Shown: piece after piece, positions 23,864 to 36,170 of the stretch
How positions within the stretch are numbered: the first letter of the stretch is position 1
How the letters are laid out: each line of letters begins with the position of its first letter
From: Mobula hypostoma
Taxonomy: Eukaryota
Assembly: GCF_963921235.1 (NCBI RefSeq)
Contig: NC_086108.1
Coordinates: 109,308,001-109,372,000 of the forward strand
Direction: 5' to 3'
DNA: 64,000 bases
Position numbers and translations under genes: made by a program
The notes under the pieces: generated by a model
Seen by the model: the letters and a program-made list of their open reading frames with translations, nothing else
Told to the model about the DNA's origin: nothing
Database searches by the model: none

Positions 23864-24497
23864 ATCTAGTGTCTAGTTAGAGCGCATTATCTAGTACCTA
23901 GTTACAGTGCATTATCTAGTGCCTAGTGTGAGGACACATGGCCAAGTGGTTAAGGCATTGGACAAGCTATTTGAGGGTCATGAGTTCGAGCCCCAGCCAA
24001 GGGAACGCGTTGTGTCCTTGAGCAAGGAACTTAATTACACATTGCTCTGCAACAACACTGGTGCCAAGCTGTATGGGTCCTAATGCCCTTCCCTTGGACA
24101 ACATTGGTGTCATGGAGAGGGGAGACTTGCAGCATGGGCAACTGCTGGTCTTCCATACAACCTTGCCCAGGCCTGCGCCCTGGAGAGTGAAGACTTTCCA
24201 GGCGCAGATCCATGGTCTCGCAAGACTAATGGATGCCTTTAAAGTTACAGTGCATTATCTAATGCCTAGGTAGAGTGCATTATCTAGTGCCCAGTTAGAG
24301 CACATTATCTAGTGTCTAGTTAGAGCACATTATCTAGTGCCTAGTTATGGCACATTATCTAGTGTCTAGTTAGAGTACATTATCTAATGCCTAGTTAGGT
24401 CACATTACTTGGTACCTAGTTAGATGGCATTATCTAGTACCTAGTTACAGTGCATAATCTAGTGTCTAGTTAGACCACATTATCTAGAACCTAGTTG
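23864..24497. repeat. 25-bp minisatellite (ttagagcacattatctagtgcctag) interrupted by a SINE
   Basis: ~2.5 units before and ~10 units after the SINE at 23928-24242. Confidence 0.92.
23928..24242 (+). mobile_element. tRNA-derived SINE with CORE-like segment and LINE-derived body (5'-truncated copy 33125-33340)
   Basis: A box tggccaagtgg, B box gttcgagcc, tgtgtccttgagcaagg; body related to 23585-23700. Confidence 0.85.
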
Positions 24498-25329
24498 GAG
24501 TGGACATACAGAGGATGTTTCCAATAATGGGAAGAGACTAGGTCCAGAATATAAGAACATCCCTTCAGAACAGAGATGGGGAGGAATTTCTTTCATAGTG
24601 AGTGTGTGGAATTCATTGCCACAAATGGCTGTGCAGAAGTCATTGGGTAAAAATTAAAGCCAATGTTGATAGATTTTTGATTAGTGAAAACAGAGAAGAT
24701 AGGAGAATGGGATTCAGGGGGAAAATAAATCAGCCATAATTGATAGCAAGCAGGCTCACAGGGCCAAATGGCCTAATTCTGATCCCATGTCTTATGGTTT
24801 TATGATAATGAACTTTAGTTGACCAGGAGAAAACTCTACAATGGCAAGTGAGAGTCACACAGCTAGCTAGCAATTAACAATGTCACCTATTGGCAGAATG
24901 GGTCAGATGGAGAGTGTTCAGCCAAGCCTTTCTGCCACTGGTGATAAGCTGCACAGAACAAATGCCTGCAGGACTCTCTATATCCTCCTTTTGTCCCTGT
25001 TTTATCAGAGGTCCCCTTCAGCCCCAGCTCAGAATTAGATCCGTTACACATGGTTCCATTAAAACAACGTCACTTAACAATGGCTATGGCTCGGTGCTTA
25101 TCAAGGCTTCTCCTGCAGTGCACTTGGGCTTTGTCTATTCTCTGATTATACACAGTATTGTGTAGGAAAATAAAGCAGCACCATACCCCAGAACCAAACA
25201 AGCAAAACATGTGTCGTACACCGCAGCAGCTGAACAGGGAAAGCACAAGGCTTTAGCTGTACGGGACAAGTGTTCTCACATGGACAGTGGCGAATGCTTG
25301 GAACGAACTGCCAAGGGTATAGGAGTACA

Positions 25330-26050
25330 GTGTAGGGAAATGTACAGTCATTCACTTGGTAGAATGCAGAGTTTCCTAAAGGATAACTTGCAGATTAAGG
25401 AAGGCAAGTGAAATGTTCGCATTCATTTCAAGAGACTAGAATATAAAAGCAAGGATGTAATGCTGTAGCTTTGTAAGTCATTGGTCAGACCAGGCTTGGA
25501 GTATTGTTTGCAGTTTTGGGCCCCTTATCTAAGAAAAGATATGCTGGCATTGGAGAGGGTCCAGAGGAAGTCATGAGAATAATCCTGGGAATAACAAGGT
25601 TAATGTATAAAGAGCGTCTGATGGCTCAGGGCTTGTACTCACTGGAGTTTAGAAGAATAGGGGATGGGGATCTCATTGAAACCTTTTGAATATTGAAAGA
25701 CTGTGACAGAGTGGATATAGAGAGCAGAGGATGTTTCCTATTGCAGGGTAGTCTAGGACCAGAGGCCCCAGCCTAAGAATAGGACATCCATTTAGAACAA
25801 GAAGACAGGGAATTTCTTGGGCCAGAGGGTGGTGAATCTGTGGAATTCATAGCCACAGATGGCTGTGGAGGCTATGTCATTGAGTATATTTGAAGTGGAG
25901 TTTGATAGGTTCTCGATTAATCAAAGCATCAAAGGTTATGGAGAGAAGGCAGGAGAATGGGGATGAGAAGGAAAACAAATCAGCCATGATGGAATGATGG
26001 AACAGACTTGATGGACTAAATGGCCTAATTCTGCACCTATGTCATATGAC
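25330..26050 (+). mobile_element. Decayed CR1 3' fragment
   Basis: [36 protein letters not shown] and CR1 tail. Confidence 0.85.
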
Positions 26051-26259
26051 ATAGAGTGTAAGAGCAAGAAAATCATGTTGCAATTGTATAAGTCTTTGAT
26101 CAAGCCTTGTGAGTAGATAAGGTGGTAAGAAAAGTGTACGGTATGCTTGCGTGCTTGCCCTCATTGGTCGCAGCATTGAGAATAAGAGTAAGGAAGTCAC
26201 GTTGCTATTGTATAAAACTTTGGAGTGTTGCAGCAGTTCGGACCATTCCATTCCATTGC

Positions 26260-27557
26260 AGTCAGCATGGATTTGTGAAAGGAAAATCATGTCTGACGAA
26301 TCTCATAGAATTTTTTGAGGATGTAACTAGTAGAGTGGATAGGGGAGAACCAGTGGATGTGGTATATTTGGATTTTCAAAAGGCTTTTGACAAGGTCCCA
26401 CACAGGAGATTAGTGTGCAAACTTAAAGCACACGGTATTGGGGGTAAGGTATTGGTGTGGGTGGAGAATTGGTTAGCAGACAGGAAGCAAAGAGTGGGAA
26501 TAAACGGGACCTTTTCAGAATGGCAGGCGGTGACTAGTGGGGTACCGCAAGGCTCAGTGCTGGGACCCCAGTTGTTTACAATATATATTAATGACTTGGA
26601 TGAGGGAATTAAATGCAGCATCTCCAAGTTTGCGGATGACACGAAGCTGGGCGGCAGTGTTAGCTGTGAGGAGGATGCTAAGAGGATGCAGGGTGACTTG
26701 GATAGGTTAGGTGAGTGGGCAAATTCATGGCAGATGCAATTTAATGTGGATAAATGTGAGGTTATCCACTTTGGTGGCAAAAACAGGAAAACAGATTATT
26801 ATTTGAATGGTGGCCGATTAGGAAAAGGGGAAGTGCAACGAGACCTGGGTGTTATTATACACCAGTCATTGAAAGTGGGCATGCAGGTACAGCAGGCAGT
26901 GAAAAAGGCGAATGGTATGCTGGCATTCATAGCAAGAGGATTTGAGTACAGGAGCAGGGAGGTACTACTGCAGTTGTACAAGGCCTTGGTGAGACCACAC
27001 CTAGAGTATTGTGTGCAGTTTTGGTCCCCTAATCTGAGGAAAGACATCCTTGCCATAGAGGGAGTACAAAAAAGGTTCACCAGATTGATTCCTGGGAAGG
27101 CAGGACTTTCATATGATGAAAGACTGGATCGACTGGGCTTATACTCGTTGGAATTTAGAAGTTTGAGGGGGGATCTTATTGAAACGTATAAAATCCTAAA
27201 GGGATTGGACAGGCTAGATGCAGGAAGATTTTTCCCGATGTTGGGGAAGTCCAGAACGAGGGGTCACAGTTTGAGGATAAAGGGAAAGCCTTTTAGGACC
27301 GACATTAGGAAAAACTTCTTGACACAGAGAGTAGTGAATCTGTGGAATTCTCTGCCACAGGAAACAGTTGAGGCCAGTTCATTGGCTATATTTAAGAGGG
27401 AGTTAGATATGGCCCTTGTGGCTAATGGGATCAGGGGGTATGGAGGGAAGGCAGGTACGGGTTCTGAGTTGGGTGATCAGCCATGACCATACTGAATGGC
27501 GGTGCAGGCTCGAAGGGCTGAATGGCCTACTCCTGCACCTATTTTCTATGTTTCTAT
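26260..27557 (+). mobile_element. Young 5'-truncated CR1 LINE with uninterrupted RT reading frame
   Basis: SQHGFVKGKSCLTNL, YLDFQKAFDKVPH, GVPQGSVLGP, KFADDTK, RPHLEYCVQFW; ~400 codons without stop; (ttctat) tail. Confidence 0.97.
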
Positions 27558-27789
27558 TAGAAGGACGTAGAGGCTTTGGAAGGGTGCAGAAGGACTGGGA
27601 ACCCTGAGGCCTCTGCAGTTTGCTGTAGAGCCTTGAGCTGCTTGGGTTTGTGAGCACCGGTATCTGCTAGTCGTTATCTTAACTAGAGGAGTTGTGCTTT
27701 TGGTTTAATCTGGTCAAGGGGGCAGATTTTCCGCATTCTATGATTATTTAAGGAGAACTCTCACTCATTGTCTCAGCGGAGTCATTGTG

Positions 27790-28300
27790 TTGAAGAGAAT
27801 GAGGAGCAACACCTTATCTTCTGTCTGGGTAGCCTCCAACCTGATGGCACGAACATCAATTTCTCGAACTTCTGGTAATGCCCCACAATGCCCCCTCTTC
27901 ACCATTCCCCATCCCCTTTTTCCTCTCTCATCTTATCTTCTAGCCAGCCATTGCTCCCTCTGGAGCTCTTCCCCCCTTTTCTTTCTTCCATGGCTTCTGA
28001 TCCCTCCTATTAGATTCCCCCTTCTCCAGCCCTGTCTCTCTTTCACCAATCAACTTCCCAGCTCTTTATTTCATCCCTCCCCCTCGCGGTTTCACCTACC
28101 ACCTTGTGTTTCTCTCTCCTCTCCCCTCTCCCCGTCTTTCAACTCTACTCCTCTTCTTTTTCTTCAGTCCGGCTGAAGGGTCTCGGCCCGAAATGTCGAC
28201 TGTACTCTTTTCCATAGATGCTGCCTGGCCTGCTGAGTTCCTCCAGCATCTTGTGTGTGTTGCCCTGGACTTGCAGCATCTGCAGATTTTCTCTTGTTAA
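27790..28300 (+). mobile_element. Penelope-like 3' tail with mutated hammerhead (28166-28203)
   Basis: ggtagcctccaacctgatggca..cagtccggctgaagggtctcggcccgaaatgtcgactg. Confidence 0.8.
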
Positions 28301-29192
28301 TGATTTGTCTCGCAGTTTCGCTCAGCGCTCCTCCAAGGCTCTGTTTGTATTGCTATGTCTAACATCTTGCTTCCATTTCTCCATGGGAATCTGCCATTCT
28401 CCGCTCCTGGGCCCAAGTCATTGTCCGTGCCTCTGTGGCTGAGTCCACACTTGAGCCTAGCCTTGTCCTCCGAAAGCACAACTTGACAAGAAGAGGCTAA
28501 CTAGGATGCTGGTAAACCTGTTTTGATCCCTGCCTATCTTCTCCCCTCTCACCTGGGTCCACGCATCACTCCAGCTCTCTCTATATCCCCACCCCCCACA
28601 CTTTCATAGTAGCTACCTCCCTTCTTTGTTTCCACTCCTGGCAAAGGCTCTTGACCCAAAATGTTGACTACCCATGTCCCTCTGCAAATCATAAACACAG
28701 ATCATTCTGCAGATGCTGTAATCTGTTCAACCCACATTAAGTATTGAATGAATTCAGCAAGTCAGTCAGCTTCTACAGTATGGAGGGGAATAAACAGTCA
28801 ACAGTCCTCCCCTTCTCTTCTCTTCACCTTCTCTTCTCCTCCCTCTGGTACCCCTCCTCTTTCTTTTTCTTCCATGGTCCATTCTGCTCTCCAATCAGAT
28901 TCCTTATTTTTCAGCCCCTTACCTCTTCACCTATCTGCTCCCAGCTTCTTACTCCATCCCCACACCTCAACCACCCACCTTCTCCCTCACCTGACCTCGC
29001 CTGTCACCTGCCAGCTTGTACTCCCTCCCCTACCCCACCTTCTATTTCTGGTTTCTGCACCACCCCCTTCCTTTCCAGTCCTGATGAAGGGTCTCAGCAT
29101 GAAACATTGTCTATTTGTTTGCCACTATAGATGCTGCCTGACCTGCTGAATTCTCGTGTTTTACCAGGATGCTTGTTGGATTAGGTTCCTTA

Positions 29193-29720
29193 AGGTTGTC
29201 ATAGCTGGACAAAGGGGAGAGTAGTGGGGATAAGCTCCCACTACTTATTAAATGTCCTAGTGGTGTGCACCTCAAATAGCCTCAGACAACCAAGTCCAGT
29301 TTCTGCCCTTTACATGTGGATCAGCTACGAAGCTCAGCGGAACCGTTTCTACTGACAGGAGAAGGAGCAAATGTGGGTCACTGGTGCCTTAAAACGAGTT
29401 ACTTCGGGCAAATTGGACTTGTCAGCCATAGCTGGCAGCTCATCTAGGAGAAGGAAAACTCTGATCTCAAACATCCTCTGCTTTGTTTCTATTCGTACTG
29501 ATGGGGAGGCTTCAGGAGTAAACCCTGAGGGAAAAATCTAGAGCTGGAATCCCTAAGGCAGTCCTATGTTGAGTTCAATGCTGACTAGCAACTCCTGACA
29601 AACTGTATGGATCTCTGCCGTTCCTTTGGATTTATCAGATTCATGGAGATGGGGAACCTGCTGCAGGGGCGACAGCTTGCTCTCCATATTGTCCTGCCCT
29701 GGCTTGTGTATCTAGACAGA
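29193..29720 (+). mobile_element. Non-autonomous RTE/Vingi-type retroelement
   Basis: Colinear with 23188-23752. Confidence 0.7.
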
Positions 29721-30016
29721 TAGAGGCTTCAGAATCAGAATCCTTGATTAGGGGGTATGAGCTATTAGGAGAACTTGGACACATTGGCTTGTTTTATCTC
29801 TGGAGTGTCGGAGGCTGAGAGGAAACTTGATAGAACTTTATAAAACTTTGATAGCCAAAGATAGGCTTGGCAGTCAGAATCTTTTATACTGTATAGAAAA
29901 GTGAAGCAGTAGAGGACATGCATTTCAGATGAGAGGGTGAAGGTTTTAGAGAGAGGTGCAGGGAGTGGTACGTGCCTAGAAGAAGCTGCAAGAGGTGACG
30001 TTGGAGGCAGATAAGA

Positions 30017-30215
30017 TAGTCATAGTCATACTTTATTGATCCCAGGGGAAATTGGTTTTCGTTACAGTTGCTCCATAAATAATAAATAGTAATAGAACCA
30101 TAAATAGTTAAATAGTAATATGTAAATTATGCCAGTAAATTATGAAATAAGTTCAGGACCAGCCTACTGACTCAGGATGTCTGACCCTCCAAGGGAGGAA
30201 TTGTAAAGTTTGATG
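30017..30215 (-). mobile_element. Rex1/Babar 3' tail inserted in CR1
   Basis: KLYNSSLGGSDILSQ + (atgact)n tail. Confidence 0.8.
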
Positions 30216-30339
30216 TAAAGTTTGAAGATCGTGATGTTTAAAAGGCATTTTAGACAGACACATGAACAGGCCAGGATGGACAAGATTGGCTCAGAGGCAT
30301 CAAAGATTTGGTTTAATCCTATCAGGTGTTTAGCACGGA

Positions 30340-30835
30340 CATAGTCATAGTCATAGTCATAGTCATACTTTATCGATCCCGAGGGAAATTGGGTTTCATT
30401 ACAGTTGCACCAACCAAGAATAGAGTATAAATATAGCAAAATAAAACCATAAATAATTAAATAATAATATGTAAATTATGCCAGGAAATAAGTCCAGGAC
30501 CAGCCTATTGACTCAGGGTGTCTGACCCTCCAAGGGAGGAGTTGTAAAGTTTAATGGCCACAGGCAGGAATGACTTCCTATGACGCTCTGTGTTGCATCT
30601 CGGTGGAATGAGTCTCTGGCTGAATGTACTCCTGTGCCCAGCCAATACATCATGTAGTGGATGGGAGACATTGTCCAAGATGGCATGCAACTTGGACAGC
30701 ATCCTCTTTTCAGACACCACCGTCAGAGAGTCCAGTTCCATCCCCACAACATCCCTGGCCTTATGAATGAGTTTGTTGATTCTGTTGGTGTCTGTTACCC
30801 TCAGCCTGCTGCCCCAGCACACAACAGCAAACATG
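30340..30835 (-). mobile_element. Rex1/Babar 3' fragment (third copy 60290-60645, + strand)
   Basis: AVVCWGSRL..ILDNVSHPLH..FLPVAIKLYNSS; (atgact)n tail. Confidence 0.88.
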
Positions 30836-30892
30836 ATGAGTTGAAGGGCCTGTTTCTGTGCTGTATGGTTTTGTGTGTTCTTTGTTCTAAAC

Positions 30893-30963
30893 TAGTGTTT
30901 CCCAAACTGAGATCCACGTACCCTTTGATTGGTCCACAGCATAAAAAAGGTTGAGAACCCCTG
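30893..30963. mobile_element. hAT (Charlie-like) mini-MITE
   Basis: TIR tagtgtttcccaaa / ggttgagaacccctg; 8-bp flanks ttctaaac/ttctaaag. Confidence 0.75.
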
Positions 30964-31524
30964 TTCTAAAGTTAGCTAAATTGGTGAGTGTGTTTGGGAG
31001 GAGAAAGTCTTTAAATTTACCTGGTTGAAATCTCAAAGTGCATATACAGCAGTCTATAGATCAAGGTTCATAAGGATGGTTTTGGGGAAGCAGGAGGTGA
31101 AAGATGGAAGTCAGCAATTCTGGCAGTCGTCAAAGCCCCTGGGTTGGCATGCAGGTCTGATGCCTGTGAGTCTGGGCCAAGGAGGCCTGCTGTCTGAGAT
31201 TCTGAGAGCCCGGAACCAAGGACTAGAGGCTCTGAGGCCTGGAGGTGGCCTGTCCTGGGGATGGAGGCCTTTCTGTGTGAATGGGTAAGTGGGAGGGGGC
31301 TTGTTTCAGTGTTGCTGCTGCTGTTGTTCTGCTGAACACTGTGAGCATGCTACACTGGTGCCAGAATGTGTGGTGACCCTGGTGATCATAGGTTGTTTTG
31401 GTTGTTAATGCAGCAACACATTTCACTGTATATTTCAACGTATGTGTGATAAATGAATCTGAATCTGTAAAGCAGACCACAGCTGGAACTCTGTTTGCAA
31501 TTCTGGTTACCTCACGATAGGAAA

Positions 31525-32850
31525 GGATCAGAATCAGATTTATTATCACTGGCATGTGTTGTGAAATTTGCTAGCTTAGCTGCAGTAACACAATGCAATA
31601 CATAATAGAGAAGAAAATAAATAATTAACCAAGTAAATTAATTACAGTAAACATATATCTGTATATATTGAATAGATTAAAAATAGTACAAAAGCAGAAA
31701 AAATAAAAACGAGGTAGTGTTCGTGGGTTCAAAGTCCATTTAGGAATTCGATGCCAGAAGGGAAGAAACTGTTCCTGAATGGATGGGTGTGTGCCTTCAG
31801 GTTTCTGTACCTCCTTCTTGACAGTGACAATGAGAAGAGGGCATGTCCTGAGTAATGGGTATCCTTAATGATGGGCAACGCCTTTCTGAGGCACCACTCC
31901 TTGAAGTTCTCTTGGATACTATGGAGGCTAGTACCCAAGATGGGGCTGACTAATTTTAAAACTTTCTGTTGTTTCTTTCCAGCCTGTGCAGTAGCCCCTC
32001 CCCCCACCTTACCAGACAGTAATGTAGCCCGACAGAATGCTCTTCATGGTATATCTATAGAAGTTTTCAAGTATTTTCATTGACAAACTAGATCCCTTCA
32101 AATTCCAAATGAAATATAGCCACTGTCTTGCCTTCTTTATAGCTGCATCAATATGTTGGGACCAGGTTAGATCTTCAGAGATCTTAACACACAGTAGCAT
32201 GAAATTGCTCGCTCTCTCCACTTCTGATCCCTCTGTGAGTACTGGTTCATGTTCCCTTGTCTTATCCTTCCTGAAGTCCACAATCAGTTCTATGAGTTGA
32301 GTGCAACGTTATTGCTGTAACACCACTCAACTAGCTGGTATATCTTGCTCCTGTAGGTCCTCTCATCTCCATCTGAGATTCTACTAACAATAGTTGTATC
32401 ATCAGCAAAGTTATCGATGGTATTTGAGCTATAGCTAGCCACACAGCCATGGATATAGAGAGAGTAGAGCAGTGGGCTAAGCACACGCCCCTGAGGTGTG
32501 TCAGTGTTGATCATCAGTGTGGGGGGGATTCACACCAATTCACACAGATTGTGGACTTCTGGTTAGGAAGTCAAGGGTCTAATTTCAAAGAGAAGCACAG
32601 AGGCTCAGTTTCTTTAGCTCACTGATCATGCATGTGGGAATGATGATGCTAAACACTGAGCTATAGTCAACAAACAACATCCTGACATAGGTGCTTGTAT
32701 AGTTCAGGTGAACTACTGCTATGTTAAGAGCCATTGAGTTTGCATCTGCTGCAGTCCTATGGTGGGGGGTAGGCAAATTGCAGTGAGTCCAGGTCATCAC
32801 TGAGGCAGGAGTTGATTCTAGCCATGACCAACCTCTCAAAGCATTTCATC
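31525..32850 (-). mobile_element. Rex1/Babar RT-to-3' fragment, decayed
   Basis: YVRMLFVDYSSVFSII, TPQGRVLSPLLYSLY, NFADDTTIV, KKARQWLYF. Confidence 0.9.
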
Positions 32851-33859
32851 ACCTGATTCTATTGGAAATGGTTTGAGGAATTTCACAAGGATGTTCACCA
32901 GGAACCCTTCCATAATGGGGAGAAAATGGGTGGGCTGGGTTTGTCTTCCTTGGAACAGAGGAGGACTAGATGTATCCAAGATAATGGGAAGTATAGGTTG
33001 GTGGATCTCCCTTCCCAGAACAGAGGTGTTTTAAAGTAGAGGGCAGAGGTTTAGTGCAAAGGGTAAGAGATTTAGAGGAATTTGATAAATGTGGGAGATA
33101 TGAGAGATGTATAAAGTCAGTATTGAGCAAGGCACTTAATCACACATTGCTCTGCGACGACACCGGTGCCAAGCTGTATGGGTCCTAATGCCCTTCCCTT
33201 GGATAACATCGGTGTCGTGGAGAGGGGAGACTTGCAGCATGGGCAACTGCCTGTCTTACATACAACCTTACCCGGGCCTGCACCCTGGAAGTCTTCCAAG
33301 GCGCAAATCCATGGTCTCACGAGACTAACGGATGCCTATATAAATGAAAAGTCAGGAAGGACACATTTGGAGTATTCTTCTCTGAGGACCATCGCCTTGT
33401 TGTGCTGGAGTAACTTGCGAGTTTCTGAGATCCTGACAGCGATACCGGTTGGTGCTTCGTTCCTGGCAGGGACACTCACAGCGCTAAGGTCAATGGGGAA
33501 GTTCCAGACGAACAGTGATCTATCCAAGATCTCAATGGTGGAGTTGGTGGAGGACGATGACACATCACAAAAGCAGTGAAAGTAGAGGAAGGCTGCAGCA
33601 GTGAAGGGTCCCCAGTCATCAGAATAGGGGGACAGCCATTTAGATCAGGGATGAAGAGGAACTTGTTTAGCCAGAGGGTGGTGAATCTGTGGAGTTCATT
33701 GCCACAGATGGCCGTGGAGGCCAGATCATTGGGTATATTTAAAGTGGAGGATTATAGGTCCTGATTAGTCCGGGCATCAAAATATACAGGGAGAAGGCAG
33801 GAGAATTAGGATGGGAGGGATAATAAATCATATTGGAATGGTGGAGCAGACTCGATGGG

Positions 33860-34008
33860 CCAGGTCTGATAGGAAGGCAATAGTAACCACATATTACACA
33901 GTGATATGCAGAAGAGCATCTTTGAGTGCACAACACATCAAACCTCGAAGTGGATGGGCTACAGCAGCAGAAGACTGCAGATATGCGGTCAGTGGCCACT
34001 GAGTGTAC
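33860..34008 (+). mobile_element. Tc1-like transposon fragment
   Basis: Homologous to 58730-58883; ends gtggccactgagtg-TA. Confidence 0.65.
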
Positions 34009-34119
34009 AGTGAGCTGGGTAAACATAAAGAGCAATTTGGACATCCCACTTGGGGAGGGCAAGGGATCAGGATGAGCCAAATTGTTCTTAAGCAGAGTTG
34101 GTAGGCCTCCTAGAGGACT

Positions 34120-34455
34120 ACAACATTGCCATAGCTTGGAGGCTTGCGTGTCTCAATGACCCGGAGAGCAGGAGTCCGGGCTTTATGGTTTGATTCTCGA
34201 TAGGGTCACCCATGTTAAGCAGGTCAAAGGGTAGAGGCCAGAATAAGGGTGGTGCACCGGTCCTCCAGGTTCGGAGGTTCAGCTCCGGGCTAACAATCCT
34301 GACTGGTAAAACAAAACTGTTACAGAAACAGCAACAAAGTATCCCTCTACATCTGCATGCGACAATATTCCTGAGTCTCCACCCAGGACCTGCATGACTG
34401 AAAGTAGCGAAAACCAAAAGGAAGCTATTGACGTGATAAAGGAAGCCCTCAACTT
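34120..34455 (+). mobile_element. RTE (Expander/Rex3-like) 5' UTR fragment with fold-back duplication after it
   Basis: Matches 6240-6540; 34461-34540 is the reverse complement of 34331-34408. Confidence 0.65.
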
Positions 34456-34929
34456 TTTTTCTACTGTCAGTCATGTAAGTCCTGGGTGGAGACTCAGGAA
34501 TACCGTCGCACGCAGATGTAGAGGGATACTTCATTGCTGCCCTAAATGCCAGCAGTGTAATAGGCAGTGAGTAAGTAAGAGCTTGGAGGGACTCGATGTG
34601 TTGAGTGGTCTCCATCTGTTCTAGAACTAATCTGTGATTCTGGGATTGTCTCAGGTCTGTTGTATCGCAAAATGGACGGCAAATTCAGCTCAGTGGGACT
34701 TCAATAGTGTAATCCTGAGGCCATCCGAACCCCTCGATCAGATTATTGCCAAGTAATGAGTCCCATCCGTCCACCGTTGCTTTATAACAAGTTATTGATT
34801 ACAGAACCGTGTCACTGTTTCCAGGAAATTGAAATGCACTTTTACTCATAGGTTTTCCTTATAAACCTATTAATCACCAATCCATTCCCTTTATTAAACT
34901 GAATCAATGTACTTATGTATTTGTTTTTT

Positions 34930-35570
34930 ACTGGAGAAGCAGGCTGCATCATTGCCTGGTACGGAGGGGCCACTGCACAGGTTTGGAACAAGTTGCAAAG
35001 TTCCAAATTAAGCACTCGCCTCCCCAGCATCCAGGAAACCTTGAAAAGCTCACTTGCAAAGACTCTCACAAATGTCTACAGATGCACTGTGGAGAGCATT
35101 CGAACTGGCTGCATCAACATCTGGTATGAGGGTGGTCACTGCACAGGATTGAAATAAGCTGAAGTAAATTGTGAGCTCAGTCAGCTCCATCATGGGCACT
35201 AACCTGCTCAGCATCCAGGACATCATCAAGGAGCGGTACCTCAGAAAGGCGGCGTGCATCATTAAGAACTCTCACCACCAAGGGCATGCCGTCTTCTCAT
35301 TGCTACAATCAGGGAGTAGGTAGAGGGACCTGAAAACACAGACTCAATGTATTAGGTACAGCTTCTTCCCCTCCACCATCAGAATTCTGAATGGGTAAAG
35401 AACACTACATCACTATTTTTGCTCTCTCTTTTGCACTACTTATTTATTCCATTTTTTTCATATATATTTCTTATTGTAATTCATAGTTTTATTAATATAT
35501 TACATTGTCCTGATGCTGCAAAACAACAAATTTCATGCCATATGTCAGTGATATTAAACGTGATGCTGAT
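34930..35570 (+). mobile_element. Rex1/Babar 3' fragments
   Basis: GCIIAWYGGATAQ; KTLTNVYRCTVESIRTGCINIWY; Rex-type tail. Confidence 0.8.
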
Positions 35571-35669
35571 TAATGTCCTGAATTTCCACTGGGAGCTCTA
35601 CTGGTCTCCTGTCCTCTCTTAACAGCATTGTTGATTCCTATGGTACTGGGGAACAGGGCAGGAGAATGC

Positions 35670-36170
35670 AGGATGGTGGTTATCCATCGTATCCAACAAT
35701 GACAGGAGACCTGTGCGGGTGAGTTTTCGAAGTGGAAAAGCCACTGCACTGGGGCAATTGCGCTCTCTTGACCTAGGAAGTCTGGGTCCAGTATTACAAG
35801 TAGTCACAAACTGGGGTCTTCCTTGGATGCAGTGGATGACCATGACTTCTTCTGCTGCTCGTCGTGCCCCTTGCCCTCCATGAAGCATTGCAGAGCCACC
35901 TTCCAGGCCGTTCTATGTCACTGTTGATCTCATCCACCCAATCCACTGGAGACCTCACAGGCAAGTCCCGATCTCACCAGGGTACGAGGCCGCCAGCTGC
36001 CCTTACCTGGTTTAACCCACCTCTTGAAGCGGTGTACTGTCGCATGCAGACAGCTCCTTGGAGCTACAGGTGACAGCTGAGTGTCCAGTGGGGACCAAAG
36101 GTGAGTGAGCTGCCTCAGACTGGACATGACAACCCCCTTCACCAGGGGTGCTACCCCTCGCTGGACACCT
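35670..36170 (-). mobile_element. RTE-derived non-autonomous element (second copy 62430-62950)
   Basis: Two colinear copies sharing gacagga.acctgtgc, tcacaaactggg, gtggatgaccatgac, gtgagctgcc; strand inferred. Confidence 0.65.

Noticed and set aside
23928..24002. tRNA gene
   Set aside because: A/B boxes run into a SINE body; no proper cloverleaf or T-run terminator
24243..24497. CRISPR-like array
   Set aside because: Head-to-tail 25-bp units with no unique spacers; eukaryotic minisatellite
26122..27486. 454-aa ORF as a host or domesticated RT gene
   Set aside because: N-terminus is out-of-context older CR1 sequence; remainder is a 5'-truncated CR1 with its normal tail
33336..33579. ORFs in non-repeat-looking DNA
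   Set aside because: No splice signals or recognisable domain; + ORF starts inside a SINE
34655..34752. Possible + strand exon (VCCIAKWTANSAQWDFNSVILRPSEPLDQIIA)
   Set aside because: Weak splice sites, no recognisable homology, no partner exons
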